This document shows, piece after piece, positions 46,601 through 59,651 of a stretch of DNA of 64,000 nt; within the stretch, counting starts at the first letter, position 1; each line of letters begins with the position of its first letter. The stretch lies in assembly GCA_051294905.1 (NCBI GenBank), contig CM119383.1, positions 7,998,001 through 8,062,000 of the forward strand, given 5' to 3'. A program made the position numbers and the translations under genes. The notes under the pieces are model-generated. The model was not told where the DNA came from. It saw only the letters and a program-made list of their open reading frames with translations, and made no database searches. Source of the DNA: Botryllus schlosseri (lineage: Eukaryota).

Positions 46601-49600
46601 CAAGTATTTCATCACTGACCACCTCTGGTCACAAAGCACGACGTTCAAGCGGGCACAACATACGAAAACGCCAAACCTCCTTTCGCTTTTGACGCACGAG
46701 CGCTGAGCACGCTCCGACGCTGCCTGGTACTTCTACGAGGAACGTCGCGTACTCGCTGGAAAAAGGATCGTTGTCGGTCTTACTGGAACCAACCTCGAAC
46801 AGTGAATTCGTGAAGAAATCTAATTAGAAGCCTAACTATAATTATATAGTTTAAACCACTAACGAAACGCTGTAGTTCTGTTGCAGCCAAAACCTACCTG
46901 CGTCGTAAATAAATGAGTACTTATATAGAACCGTTTATGCCAAGTTGCGGGTAGCTTGTTACAGAAAGCTCAGTGTTTGCTGCCAAATCATTATGGGGCA
47001 AAACTTGCAAGAGCATGATTCATCTCCATTCACAGAGTTTCGTTAATCCCGAGCTTGTGACATTATGCACATCGAGCTTACTATGTATATTTAAACTCAC
47101 TGGATCTGCATCGGCCATCGCGTCCATGACATCCTCCATCAATATGGTGGCGGCGGATGAGGAGCAAACCGTGCTGGTCTCTGGAAAGTAGAAAGCTCTT
47201 TGGAACGGAGAAAAAAAACTTTTTAAACAAAGGATCAATACAGTCGTAGACACCAAATCGCTACAAAAAGTTTCGTGTGCATTCAGAATAGATCAAACTG
47301 CCACGGTATTCTACTTCTACTTACCAGTGAAGCTCATAGAGCTTCACATCACCACATCAAGATTACTTGGATGACTCGGGTGTGGCGTAATGTATCCTTT
47401 GTGACTCTCGAACGAACATGACATCGGAATAATCAAGTTAAAATCATTTCGAAGGGGTAAGGCCAACACTATTTAGAACTGAACTGATAATTTGTATCTT
47501 ACCGGTTTTATCATCTGCAAGACTGTCTTCTTCCATCGTCAGATTATCGTCCGAACGTTCGTTGTTGCTTTCTGAAACAACACGCTGTCAAACTACCAAT
47601 ATACGTCACTGCAACGAATACCTTTCATATCCGATAAAATTGAGTCTTGCGTTTGATTGGGAGACGGTGTCAAGTGCAGGTTCAGGCTACGTCTTACCGC
47701 TGAAACAATGATAAATGTAATGCGCCCGTAATGCAGGGCTTGTAATGATCGTCGCGACTCGACTTTGTGTGATGACTCGACCGAGACATATGACTCAAGA
47801 ATGGGAAGGCCAAGACAGGTTTTCTGTTATAACTTTGAAGAATAGTTGCTTATTCATCTATCAGCACTGGTGTTTGTAAAATAGGGCCAGAAACTGTGTA
47901 AAGTGTGGGAAATTACTATTTTGTGAGTGTGAGGAATTCAATATCACACAGAGTTGTACAAAAATAAGTTGGAGCAGGATTGAACTCAAAAAGGAACACT
48001 GTGAATCGAACTTGAACCGTGACTCCGCGATGAATTTAAAATGACTCGGTTTGACTCGAGTCAAAACTATAAAATTAGAATCGACTTGTGACTCGGTTAC
48101 AGCGCTGCTGTAATGTACCAAGCCCGATGAAAGTACACAGAATAGCGATCCACACAGGAATAAATAAGGTTCAGAAAACTAATTTAACTTGTGAAAGTAG
48201 CCAGAATAGTGATCCACATAAATTAAGGTCAAGTAAAATCATTGTTTTATTAGTCTTGGGACAATTTCAGGATAAAGTCTAGGTTCCATTATGATGTGAA
48301 AGCCGTGTTTATAGTTCAACTTGCATGATTCAATTCCAATGGGATCTACTAGTTTTGGGGCTGACAGAAGGACAGAAAAAAAGACGATAGCGGATATTCG
48401 CCACTAATACTAGTATAACACATTAGTGTAGATGTGGTCAGTGACAAGGTAGTTTTTCACTACTTATCCAAGCGTTTTTTTCTTGAAAACGATGATTTTC
48501 ATATCAATCGAGATATTTTTCAACTCTACTAGCATTTGAAATATTCTGAAACTTTGATAGCTAACCATTAGTCTCCCAGTACAAGTGTCGATGACTCATT
48601 TTGGAAAGTGTTCTGGGTATGTTCAAGAAAATGTTTTTGATACTCGGGTATAATTAGTTTTAATCTGACTGCTCTCGTGGTAGTATCAGATCTCGATCGC
48701 TGTACGAACAGGTTCGCTGTAATATACTCTGCTATTATCAAGCACAAGATAGGATATGAATCCGCAGATAGAACGGTAGATTCAGAATTTCGACTATTTC
48801 GATTTTCGGCTACTTCCATTTCCGCTGCAGTTGTTTTACGCAAAACTATGCCTAGAATATTCAATTTTTCACTTGGGCTACTTGAAAACTGCTACTTCTA
48901 CATGAGTACCAACAATATCACTACTTTGACCACGTCTGCTGTTGCAAAAACTTGAAGAGAACTTCAAATTTTCCAGGCAAGATAATGCCAGGGCGACGTA
49001 TAGTCTGGTACCACAGAGTTATAACAATCAATAATCTTACGCTGAAATATAGCCCCGGTGGGGGTGGCCTGGAGAGCCTTGTCTGGGCCAGCTGGTTTTG
49101 ATTTTTCAATGAAATCCGAATCGCTGAAACGTGAGGAACAGCGTAAAAAGCGCAAATAATCGGATGAAATTTTAAAAAACAGTACTCGTCGTCGGAGGTG
49201 AACGCCTCCATCGTGAGAGTTATCGGTCGATCAGGCGTTGACAGCTCCTTCAATTTGAAAAGCTGGATAGTCGGCTTTTTTCTCATGCACGAATTCACCA
49301 TGTCCGCCATGCTACGGCCTGTTGCAGTATCGACAGTCGGTGATGAGTCACAGAGAGTATTCAAGGAATCGACAATAGGAATACGACATTATCTATTTTC
49401 GACCTCGAGGTTTTTGCGACATGTACACCAATTCATGATATATACATACACAATATGTGCATATCAGCATGGACAAGGTGCGGAAATAACCTTGCAAGAC
49501 ATTCTAAGTTTTGCACCATACAGTCAGGTATGGTTATCAAGGACTTATCCACAACAATCAGTCGTGAAGCCGGTCCAAATTAGGCTTGAATTACCTGCAT

Positions 49601-52600
49601 GTTTACTGCCCACAGCGTCGTCCGATCTGGAAAGAAACGCAAAGTGAAATAGGTGCATCGAAACCACTGTTTTGCACAACCACTAACGTTTCGCAATGGT
49701 CCGAGTGGTGTTGCTCGATGAAAGCTTCGTGTCTTGTGATCAGCTCTCGAACAGGCAGGGGCACTCCTGCTTCACCCTGAACACAGATAGTGATAGGACT
49801 GCATGCTATAGAAAAGGTGCAGACGAGCAGCTTTATAAAACATGACCCTCTACAACACATCTTTGATAAGTGAGGCTTATGTCGTATGATATTTCTCCGT
49901 CATAGTAATAATAAAACATATTAGGTGATCGTTCTAATGCGGTCGCGACCCAAATTTATACCCACACGTGGGTCACGACCTGAATCCACACTTTATGAAC
50001 CCCTGCCTTACATTGGTAGAGGCGGCTTCGGGCGATCCAACCGCCATGTCGTCACGGGCTCCTTCAGTACCATCTGTCTGCTCTAAAGATTTCCCATTAT
50101 TATCACACACAAGTCCAGTGTTCGTCTCTGCCGATTCTTCGCTGTGAGACGTGTCTTCATTCAAAGAATGGCCGGCGTCAGCCCTTTCGACATTGTTGGA
50201 TTTCCTATTTGCTACTGGGGAACTTGTAGATTCAACACTCTCATCCACGGATACGGTATCTCTGTAACGTAAACGAAACAGCGTGAGATCTCATTCAAAA
50301 TTGGCAACGGTTCTCTCAACCAACGCAAGCGTACTTACCCTACTGCTCTTTTCGGCGAGCCAGTTTCATCTCTTTCCTCTCCACGACTGTTGACATCAGC
50401 GGCTTCCTCGTCTGCACTTGCTCGATTATTTCTGTCACACGAAAATAACCACAATCACTAGTGTCACGCCTTGATAGTCAAACCCTATTCTACTTCTACT
50501 TCTACTCAAAGTAGTTGTATACTGATTCTGAAGAGCTTCATAAAGGTACAGAACTTCAATATACATTTAAATAGTATATCCATATAATCATATTGATATG
50601 AACCTGAATATTTTTGGCTGACACTCATCAGCAACTAGTAGAGAATCGTAAAGAACATTGTATACCAACAATTCTGCTTATAAAAGCACTACTTCTACCC
50701 GTGCTTAAGTAGCTTTTGTGATTACTCTGGCCATTTTGCTTATAGCCCTCAATGCCACCAATTCAATTCCATACCATCCGATATTCCAATCATCCTTCAC
50801 ATCATATGTGGCGATATGACAACGTATACTTACGTTATATCTGCGCAATCAGGGACGCGTCTCAACTTTTCACGAATTAGTACATAATTTCACAGCGTAG
50901 AACACAATCAGCCAGACTTGGACAAGAAAATATTCAGCTTTTCCAAATTCGATTAGAATTAGAACTGATAAGTTTTTTTTCTGCATGACAGTAGAATTAG
51001 AATCATAGCATCACAGTTATTCCCAAACGAGATTAGAATCAGAATTACCGAATCGGTGGATGAATATCACCAAATCGATCGTGGTTAACTCAAGCAACAA
51101 TCCAATTTTACTTACCGCGTGGCCTTACTGTTTGTCGATATGGATTTGGAAGGTCGCTCCACTTCGGCGTCTTGCACGTGCTGCGAGGAAATCTGTCTAG
51201 ACGCCCTTGTAAATCTGAATTCAAGCGACACAAAGTGTGATATTCCCAGCACTGATTGTTACATTCGGAGGGAATAACATGACATATGTATGACCAGTAG
51301 GGCTGTTCAAATGTAACTTTTTTTTCAAATTTAACTGGCCTACGCCATGAAATTGTTAGGTTGTCTGAAAAAACGATGTGCAGCAAAAATTTGGCGCGAT
51401 TCCAGCCAGTAGAAGCAAAGTTATCGGAGCATAAAATTCTGGATTTGGAAGAATACCGTGAATACTATGATTTGACATCATAAATTTTGAACATCAATAA
51501 CTTCACTTCTACGGGTTGGAATTGAGCCAAATATGTGTGTGTTTTTTTTTTCAGACAGCTGGTAAGATTTGATTTTTTTCAATTTCATGTAACCTAGCAA
51601 TTGAAAAACAAAAGTTATTTTTGAACAGCTCTAATGGTCATCTACTTCTACTTTTGACACAAATTAATAATTTTTTAAATGAGTTTTTACACTTTGCAAA
51701 TTTGTATTCAATTACACGATGCACAATCAACGTTTATTAACTAATTTAAGTTAAACATTGAACATCGGTGGATGAATAGAACAAAACTCATCTTGTATTA
51801 TATCCAAGTGATCAGAGGCGCCGAGGTAGCCATGGGGTGATTAAAAACGGCGCCTATGCAAGAGATAGTCCAATCAATTATTGTTGCCTACCGAGTCGTT
51901 GTCGCGTTATTCCTTGCTGCTCTGGATTTGGAAGGTCTCTTCTCTTCGGTGTACGGTGAACAAATCTGTTTTGACGCTCTGGTAACTCTGAATTCAATGC
52001 ACAGAAAACTTAATGATGTGATATTCGGAACCCTGAACTTTTACGTCCGATATGAAGACGTCATATGCAAATCGCATCATTGAAAATCAGTTGGAACAAA
52101 CATATGAACTACAGACAATAGCACAAATTAATTCAATACCACTCGATATCTCAATAACCGCAAGACAACATAATATGCGCAACCATTGTTTCTTTCACAA
52201 CGCTACCAATTAAAGTTCAATGCTGGACTTCATATAGCGCAAGTTTTTAACAATGGATTCGGGTTATTCTGTACTTTGGCTGCAAACTTTCGGAAGCCAA
52301 AGTCAAATTTGCTTTAGAACAGGCGCGGGCAATCAGTGGCAATTCTGAGCGTGTCGTCTCCACCATGTGTATTCGCGTCTGCACTCACAAAAAGATCGTC
52401 GGCAATGAAACCTTAGCACATAATGATAGACGCATGTTAACAGAAATCTTCGATATTGATAGGACCAAGCGCCGAATAACCCTGTCCTTGCCAAATGAGC
52501 CCGGCAGTATACAGGGGCGACCCGCAAGAAATGCAAGCAACATCATTATTGACCGAATTCATTCATTAACTACTTCAGGCGTCTAAGACATCACTGCACA

Positions 52601-54439
52601 CTCAGTTTTCATGGCGTAATTGTTATCGATTTTGATGTGTAGTAATAAAAGTCTTGTTTACACCGTTACCTAATCTGTTTCGCTCGTACCGGACGACCAA
52701 AGAAGGTAATCAACATTCAAGTCGCCCACGCAATGGTTCGTAAATCGCATGTGACCCGAGGGCTGAAAAGGTTGGCCACCCCTTCTATAGAACATTGAAC
52801 TTCACTGTTATGCAGTTGACACAGGTTTACGCATAACAATTATACCTGATTAGTGTAATGTGAAATCCCAAATCAATTGAAAACACTCAATCACACATTT
52901 TCAAACATACCGTTTCGGTCGATTAGATGTAGGCGGTTTTTTCTTGGGCAGGTTCTTTGTTTTTTTCACAACTTTTTTATTACTACTGTCTTCCGAGACG
53001 TTATGTTTAGACGAACCAACGGACGTATCTTCACACCTGCACATAGCCAATCGTTACCCACTTGTAAATAGAGGCAACGGAGCAAAGAAATTATTGAGAT
53101 ACCGTATACCTGGTGTTTTCCGAAATAGATTCCTCGATTTCCATGCGACTCGATTCTTCGTCAGAACAGTCGTTAAGTGAACTGAATTGGAGATACACAT
53201 CAAGTTAAAATCTATCAGATGTAACCTATCAAACCATTTAGTGGAAATACTTGATAGACATGCGACATGCTGCTCTTAACACCAACATTCGTGAAGCTAA
53301 AACTATTTAATAAACCTGGAATACACATTCCAATGCAGCCCTACTACAAAACAATTTCACGGAGTGTCAGTGAATTTTCACATTTATACTTTAAATTATT
53401 AAAGTATCCATGGTGACTGGCGAGAAGGGAAAAAACAATAATACTGTCTGAAAGTATTAAGTGTTGCCACAGGCTCCTGTTCAGAGTGTCTTGATTTACG
53501 CCAGTTATTTACAGCACGCCAAACATAATGTTGATACAAACTCTCAGCAATCCTAACGAATTCCAATTATAACTTGCGTATGCATGCATTTAAATAATGT
53601 TACACAACGCACACCGTAGGGTCAAGTGAATCATATTGTTATGAGCGCTTACCTCATCGTTGGAACATGACCATCCTTGGACACTGGACGAAATCTGTTT
53701 GTTTTCTTTGTGCCAGGTGTCTTCGGGAATGCCGCAGGAACCACTAAAGACCTTCGCTTTCGTCTGTTTTAAAAGCAAACATATGATAGAGCTTCTTGGA
53801 GGTACAGAATTTCAATATACAATTGGATATTCATATTGAAATGAGAACGAATATTTTCAGCTAACACTCGTCAGGGGTAATCATCAGCAACTAGTAGAGA
53901 ATTGGAAAAAAAACATTGTATATCAACAATCGTATCCCGGAATATGACGTCACCAGCATGAAATGAGATCTCAAATAAGAGAGCGTTCAATTCAATGTAC
54001 CATTTTAAGATTTTGGGCTAGTGACCATAAAAGGTTGGGAACCCCTGTTTGAGGATGCTTCACCAACAACGATACGTGACAAGTACTCACAATTCCATGA
54101 TGGCTTTTTTCGCATTTGAGAGAGACTCTGAACGGAAGTCTGCAGACTTGTTAGAGATTTGACGGATATTAGCCTGAAGCAGCAAGACTGCAGATATGTC
54201 TTCCTCCGTACCAGGAAGCACGGCATCTCTATAGAATTCAAAGAATATACAAATCTTTATCAGCAAATAAACAAGCTCACTCACTGAGAATCGCCACGTA
54301 AAGGCGCCCTGAACTTTTCAAGCTCGGCCAAGTCTTTTGTTTTAGTTTGAGCAAACTGCGGGATACAAGAACCGTCATCCTGTTCAAACCAAGCTAATCC
54401 AAAAGCGTATTGCGATTCATTCTTCTTTCTCCGGGCCAT
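34689..54439 (-). CDS. INCENP: Inner centromere protein, multi-exon (>20 exons; the middle exons at ~44600-49800 are only partly resolved)
   Basis: IN-box exons: 36103..35965 (DISSGDSTDDDEQPRKTVPKWAKG) and 34909..34689 (RYFKRTSSAVWNSP). GIQSFLKRHTP in 43845..43627. E/K/R-rich SAH exons: 43559..43450, 41843..41600, 39342..39266, 39209..39029, 37670..37311, 36456..36346. The 5' exons start 54439..54285, with FPKTP in 53763..53653. Splice phases are consistent for the listed exons. Confidence 0.9.
35202..35676 (+). mobile_element. Family-A GACTCGAGTC MITE in INCENP last intron
   Basis: cagggttgtaatgacccgagt...gttccaaccctg. Confidence 0.8.
37938..38371 (+). mobile_element. Family-A GACTCGAGTC MITE, degenerate left end
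   Basis: Right end ggttacaaccctg, with flanks tcagatac/ctagatac. Confidence 0.75.
40842..40997 (+). pseudogene. Decayed hAT-type transposase C-terminal dimerisation fragment in an INCENP intron
   Basis: An off-track frame reads CCQCCQSTTAAVVERSFSVLGKVLCKDRHFLPENAGNCLSLYY, matching the hATC S.A.VERSFS.L..LL.KDR pattern. Confidence 0.6.
41037..41560 (+). mobile_element. Family-A GACTCGAGTC hAT MITE, best-preserved copy, 524 bp
   Basis: CAGGGTTGTAA / TTACAACCCAG TIRs and a perfect 8-bp TSD GTCCAGAT. Confidence 0.92.
42921..43423. repeat. Foldback: ~150-bp inverted arms (42950..43100 / 43275..43423) of a dispersed repeat family
   Basis: The arms share gaatattttcggctga.actcgtcaggggtaat..gcagcaactagta...gacgtcaccagcatgaaatg. 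Single copies occur at ~32430-32550, ~50510-50680 and ~53790-53990. Confidence 0.8.
47734..48107 (+). mobile_element. Family-A-related MITE, shortened
   Basis: cagggcttgtaa...ggttacagcgctg termini and a TSD c(c/t)gtaatg matching 7/8. Confidence 0.75.
51290..51641. mobile_element. Palindromic MITE between the duplicated INCENP exons
   Basis: atgaccagtagggctgttcaaatgtaactttt matches the reverse complement of aaaagttatttttgaacagctctaatggtcat. The internal part is shared with ~42800-42900. Confidence 0.65.
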
Positions 54440-56559
54440 AGCGCCCAAATGTCAGATTTTCAATAACCGCTATTTCATTAACCTCGGTATATAGTTTCTG
54501 TGCAGTCAAATGATGGGACATCATTATTGTCACAGTTAAAATCATGCAAACTTCATCCGCAAATCTCAGAGTAGAACATGAGCATGAATCTCTCCCATAT
54601 TTCACAAATGCGTGTGACGAAGCGATAATCATGTTAGGACATACTCTTTCATTTTATAAAATATCACTAATCAACACGAAAACAATCCGCACATCATACT
54701 CAACAAGCTGCTCTTCTAGCTATTGATCAACCATAATCTGCACATTTTTATATATATGCCTACATATTACGTTGACTGGTGATATTCTAGGTTAGTCACT
54801 GATCAACCGATTCAGTGATTCACAGCCAAAGTTGATATCAATCTGGATACAAAATGACCATGAATATATTCCCCAGCAGTTATTTACTGTTTGCGTGCAC
54901 TGAACACAGATTCCACAACGACTTAAAACATAAAAAACTATCACAATAATGCTCTGAACTACTTCAGTACTTCAGTTCAGAACACAGTGTTGGAACTGAT
55001 ACACCACAGACGCAACTTTAGGTTCATCGTTACATGCACCACAATGCCACATTCTATTGTACGCCATGGCCAACAAAGTCTCTATTCATCAGTGCTTCCC
55101 ATGACACTCGATCGATTTGAATCGCTAACTTGGATACGGGTTACATCTGAAAGTGAGTTTGAGCAGCTGATTAATGCCACTATCATCATGGTGTCTGGGT
55201 AGCCCTACTGGAATCTCCGTACGTTTGCCTGATGTAACAGGTGAGCAGCGATGATTTTTTAGGTCAAGTAATTCAATAAAAAAGAAGTAAAAAAACAAAG
55301 CATAGTGTGAGGATAGGACACCGATTCCATACAGGTTGGGAAGCATCACGTTTCAAAGAAAAAGACCCGATGAATTCACCATTCCAAACCGACAAGGGAG
55401 AGGGCGATATTTCTGAGACAAAAGGTAAAGGTCGTACAATGATATTTTATGATACTTTTCGATTGAAGATGAAAGAAATTGTGAGCCAAAACGAATTGCT
55501 GAAATTAATCAATCCCATCGTACATCTTGGCCAACAATTATATACGATATGGTAGCGAATGACATATGAAACAGCTGTAGATATAATCACAGGGCCAAAG
55601 AAAAGAGGCGATTGCACTTAATGAGAAACACTTAGCCTACAGAATCATCAACAAACGGATTTAATTCAAGCAATAGAGACTACGGTATATGTTAGTGCGA
55701 TCACTGCGGTGTATACATGCAAAGTCAACATACCGTCAATCTCAACATGAACACTTTTATTTAGACTTAAAGGTGGTCATACAACTCGTTGGTCATTGGT
55801 CAAGGTGGTGGCAGACGGGTTAGTTGTTTCGACATATTTCCATTTTATCTCAATCTCGTGATGCTTTGTAATGATATAGATATATGTAGATTGTAAGTGG
55901 ATGAACCAAATGTCCACATATACCGGTAATACATTTGGCGCACACTAGAAAAGAAACCAGCAATCACTTGACCACAATGACCATGACCACTGACGCTAAG
56001 TCTACACAAATACCGTATGAATCAATCAGTCAATTTGTATAATTATCTGTATATTCGGCCATTCTATTATCTTCATGCGTTCATAAGACACACCTCGTTT
56101 TGCGCTCGCTCATTTACAATATTTCAAGGCTAAAGCACTGCCTAAATTATTTTAATTACACATACCCAAAGAACTTTACGCATCACGGTTAACGAAGCTT
56201 GTATTTGGCGGGCGCCCGCAATTTTTTCGTATTGAAGAAAATGTGGTCAACCGTGTCGAATGACACAATAGCGACATCAGTGGTTTAGCTGATTTTCGGC
56301 ATTGAGCAAAACCAATCACTGACGGCAACGCTTAAAAACTATAGCTAATTTTAAATATTGGCGATCACTCAACCACGGCTCATAATCAGCGGTTAATCAA
56401 CTAGTATTTCCATCCGCTCAAGAGCACGCAATGTACGATGCGACACAATATGATTGGTGTCTGATTCCACAGACTACTCCAAGCCTTCCTGTCTTTTCAT
56501 TGTATCGCATTTTTGTGGTGTATTCAACCGATAAAAATTGCTATTAAACCAATGATATT

Positions 56560-56894
56560 GGATGTTATCAACATACAAGATGACGTCGGAAGTCGAGTGC
56601 GGTCTATACATCAAACCAAACACCCAACTCGGCCTACTGGCATTACTAGCATTTATTGCTAGATTGTACAGCTCTCTTCCTTCTTACACTGCCCTTGCTC
56701 TTTTAAATCTCTTCTCTGCATCACGTCCGTCATCGTGTCTATCTCTGGACTCTTTTCTAAAGACGCCATAAGAACAGCGACACAGGGGAGGAGCCCAGAT
56801 AAACCTTATCGAAACGGGCTACAGGCGAGACTCGAACTGCAGACCATCGTACCGTGGTAGTGTCTTGACGAACTACACCACGCAAAGGCCAGCC
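56560..56894 (-). mobile_element. Probable tRNA-derived SINE (second family)
   Basis: The minus-strand head ggctggcctttgcgTGGTGTAGTTCG...caGTTCGAGTC has A/B-box spacing. The 3' boundary is uncertain. Confidence 0.45.
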
Positions 56895-57343
56895 ATCAAC
56901 CAGCGGTTTTGATGTTATAATAACTTAGGCTAGGCCTTGGGTTCTGTGATTTGTTAATGCCTTAGTCCATCGTTGTTCACCGTGTTAGCCCCGGCCTCCT
57001 AACAGGTGAATACTGCATAATGTTCTCAAATACGAACAGATCATCGAACTGTAGATAACTAAAATCGAGCATTTTGCCGGTGCCAAGAACTGGATTCTCG
57101 GTATGCGTTGTAGGTACATCATTGATATATCAAGTTCTGATTAACTCTACCCTCGTAACAATTCAATCTACAAAAAAATAATGCAGAGATCGTTCCTGGT
57201 AGATTTATATTTCGCAGCACAAATCGAAAGGCAGTACCAAAAGATGCCAATCTGGCTTTCATCACAAACCAGGTCTCCACCATCAGATATATCAAATGGC
57301 AAGTGCTGGCGCAATTCACAACTCTTCACAGTCAAGAAATGTG

Positions 57344-59344
57344 TTAGCAACCGGCTTTGGGCTTCGATTTTCTCCTCCAACGTGTTTCACAGGGGTCAAA
57401 TCCCCTTTCCTCCGACCCAATGACGGCCCACGGCGGCGTGGGCGCCATGTAATCGACCGCGGTAAAAGAGCAACCGTCGGCTACATGTCTCTGGTGCAGC
57501 TCGTGAAATTTACCATAGTCAATCCAGGTGTGCCACTGGTTGTTGATTTTGAATTTGGTGTTTGCAATCAGTACACAATTAGAATGCTCATGCTCGCACG
57601 CAACTTCATACTCCGGCAAGGAATCGGCCAACATCTGCACAAAATACAGAACTTCCTCATGCCAGGGAACGTTCTTCATCGTCAATCCGCCCGCAGTGGA
57701 GGTATCCCCGCAATAAGTAACCCCCTTGACTTCGATAAAATCCGGCCGACCGTGCTTCACCAAATCCGCGTACGATTCGATCTCTTCCACATTCCACGCC
57801 TTCACCAAAGTCAAGCGGTAAACGGTGCGCTGACCCTTTTCCGCCAAAGCCTTCAAGCTGTCGACAAACCTCGGCCAATAGTCTTTGAACAGAGGTCGGT
57901 CGATTTTTTTCAGGCTTTCCGGTGTCGCGGCGTCTACGCTAACGTACAGCTGAGTGATCGGTTCTAGATTTTTGATAGCGTCCGGAAATTGGGCATTGGT
58001 AACAAGAAACGTCGAGATGCCGCGGCCGTGCAGTAACTTTACAAAGTCGTTAATTTTAGGGTACATAATCGGCTCGCCGACTAGCGACAACGCGCAGTGT
58101 CTGATCGAAAAGCCTTCTGCGAATCTTTCCGGCTTCACGCCGGGCACACCTTTGAACTGTTTGATCATACTGTAATGGTTTTCCACGGCACCCTTCACAA
58201 TCATATCAGGTTCGTCCATTTTCCATTTCCACTCGGTGCCCACCGGGTTCGTATGATGCCGCCAGCAAAACACGCATTTGTTCGCACACGCCAGACTAGG
58301 CGTCGTTTCCATACACCTATGACTCTCTATGCCGTAGAAGGTGTGTTTGTAGCACCCGCCGCGACCGCGTAGCATAGATTTCGTCCAGCGGCATAATTTC
58401 ACTCCCGAGTGACTGCCTACTAGTTTGTAACCTTGTTTTGTGAGGGCTTCTCTCAGAGCGGGCGTAACCATTTCTTTAATTTCCCGTTTTTTCACCTTGC
58501 GCTTCACTTGTACTTTATTGGGGGACGATACCGTCATACTTGACATCTTGGTACCGATATCTTCAACATCCACCATCTCGTCGCTGTCATCGTTTTCACT
58601 GCTACTGCTGGATTCCGTGCAAGCACCACTGTCCATTTTTTCCGATTTGGTATCATTACCAGACACCGCGGTGGGGTTTCCGCCCTTCACGAGATCGGTA
58701 ATCACAGACAATATATCGTTAGCCCACTCATCAAAATCGAGTTCTTGGCTCCCGTATTTACTGTTCGCGACATTTTCATCGCCCTCTCCAAGCGGGAAAC
58801 ATCTCGTCGCGCTCAGTTTGTGCAGAAACTCGTCAATGCCTTTCGCAGCTTTGATATAGTTTCCGTCGTACAGAGAGTTCCCGCATCCGAACACGGCATA
58901 GTTCAAGCCGTGCAGTATCGATTTGCCGACTCGGAAATCGTGGGAAGCTTCCTCCAACCATTGATAAAACCATTTCGCGCTGTCGGGAGGTGTACCGTCG
59001 GTGTACGTGGAGATGAAAATCACCAGAATGCAATTCGACGATGCATCGTTGACCAGATGATCATCGGGATTATAATTTCTGACGTCGTACAAGTCGAAGT
59101 CGAGATTACGGTTTTGCGCGCGTCTGCCGAGCTCGAGACAGAATCTTTTGCATTTACCAGATTGCGTGCCGTACACAAACTTCACCCTTGGTTCTGCAGA
59201 TTTCTCCTCCGCAGTTTTATCCTTATTCTTATTCGATTTTTTCTTTCTTTTCCCAGACCGATCGGAAAACTGCTGTATAATAAGCGACGTGACGATGCCC
59301 ACGATCGCAAAAGTGAAGAATATGGTCAGAATAGATGTGTCCAT
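57344..59344 (-). CDS. TYW1: S-adenosyl-L-methionine-dependent tRNA 4-demethylwyosine synthase, intronless, 666 aa from the likely ATG
   Basis: N-terminal TM anchor, flavodoxin domain (YGTQSGKC, FGCGNSLY), radical SAM CANKCVFC, HSGVKLCRWTK and KGVTYCG. The ATG at 59344 follows tandem tttgcag acceptors. Confidence 0.95.
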   Translation of the reverse strand: MDTSILTIFFTFAIVGIVTSLIIQQFSDRSGKRKKKSNKNKDKTAEEKSAEPRVKFVYGTQSGKCKRFCLELGRRAQNRNLDFDLYDVRNYNPDDHLVNDASSNCILVIFISTYTDGTPPDSAKWFYQWLEEASHDFRVGKSILHGLNYAVFGCGNSLYDGNYIKAAKGIDEFLHKLSATRCFPLGEGDENVANSKYGSQELDFDEWANDILSVITDLVKGGNPTAVSGNDTKSEKMDSGACTESSSSSENDDSDEMVDVEDIGTKMSSMTVSSPNKVQVKRKVKKREIKEMVTPALREALTKQGYKLVGSHSGVKLCRWTKSMLRGRGGCYKHTFYGIESHRCMETTPSLACANKCVFCWRHHTNPVGTEWKWKMDEPDMIVKGAVENHYSMIKQFKGVPGVKPERFAEGFSIRHCALSLVGEPIMYPKINDFVKLLHGRGISTFLVTNAQFPDAIKNLEPITQLYVSVDAATPESLKKIDRPLFKDYWPRFVDSLKALAEKGQRTVYRLTLVKAWNVEEIESYADLVKHGRPDFIEVKGVTYCGDTSTAGGLTMKNVPWHEEVLYFVQMLADSLPEYEVACEHEHSNCVLIANTKFKINNQWHTWIDYGKFHELHQRHVADGCSFTAVDYMAPTPPWAVIGSEERGFDPCETRWRRKSKPKAGC

Positions 59345-59651
59345 ATCCAGAAACTGCAAATCAACTGCAAAAACAATATTCATAATAGATTTATGACCAT
59401 TTACAAGATAATATGCAAGTAATTTCAATTAAAAGCCTCGTATATCCATCCATATCATTGCACACACCACTGACGAAGATCAATAACAGATAAATACTCA
59501 AGGAACACATCTTTAAAAGCAAAACACCAACAATGTCCTCCAAAAATTTACGCTTGAAGCATCGATGCCCGATATCACAAGTATATACGAGCCTCTATTG
59601 TATCACGAACGAAGTGCAAACACCCGGTAAAACAGCAATACAAGAATCTGT

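Noticed and set aside
46640-47510. Candidate 28-34-nt micro-introns in the INCENP middle region
   Set aside because: Several alternative parses exist and phases could not be made fully consistent by eye; this needs RNA-seq.
57296-59422. Antisense ORFs of 223 and 225 aa over TYW1
   Set aside because: They are shadows of a GC3-rich real CDS and carry no recognisable motifs.
59345-59428. N-terminal extension of the TYW1 ORF in the ORF track
   Set aside because: It starts at a non-ATG codon and spans acceptor-like tracts. The ATG at 59344, before the TM anchor, is more plausible.
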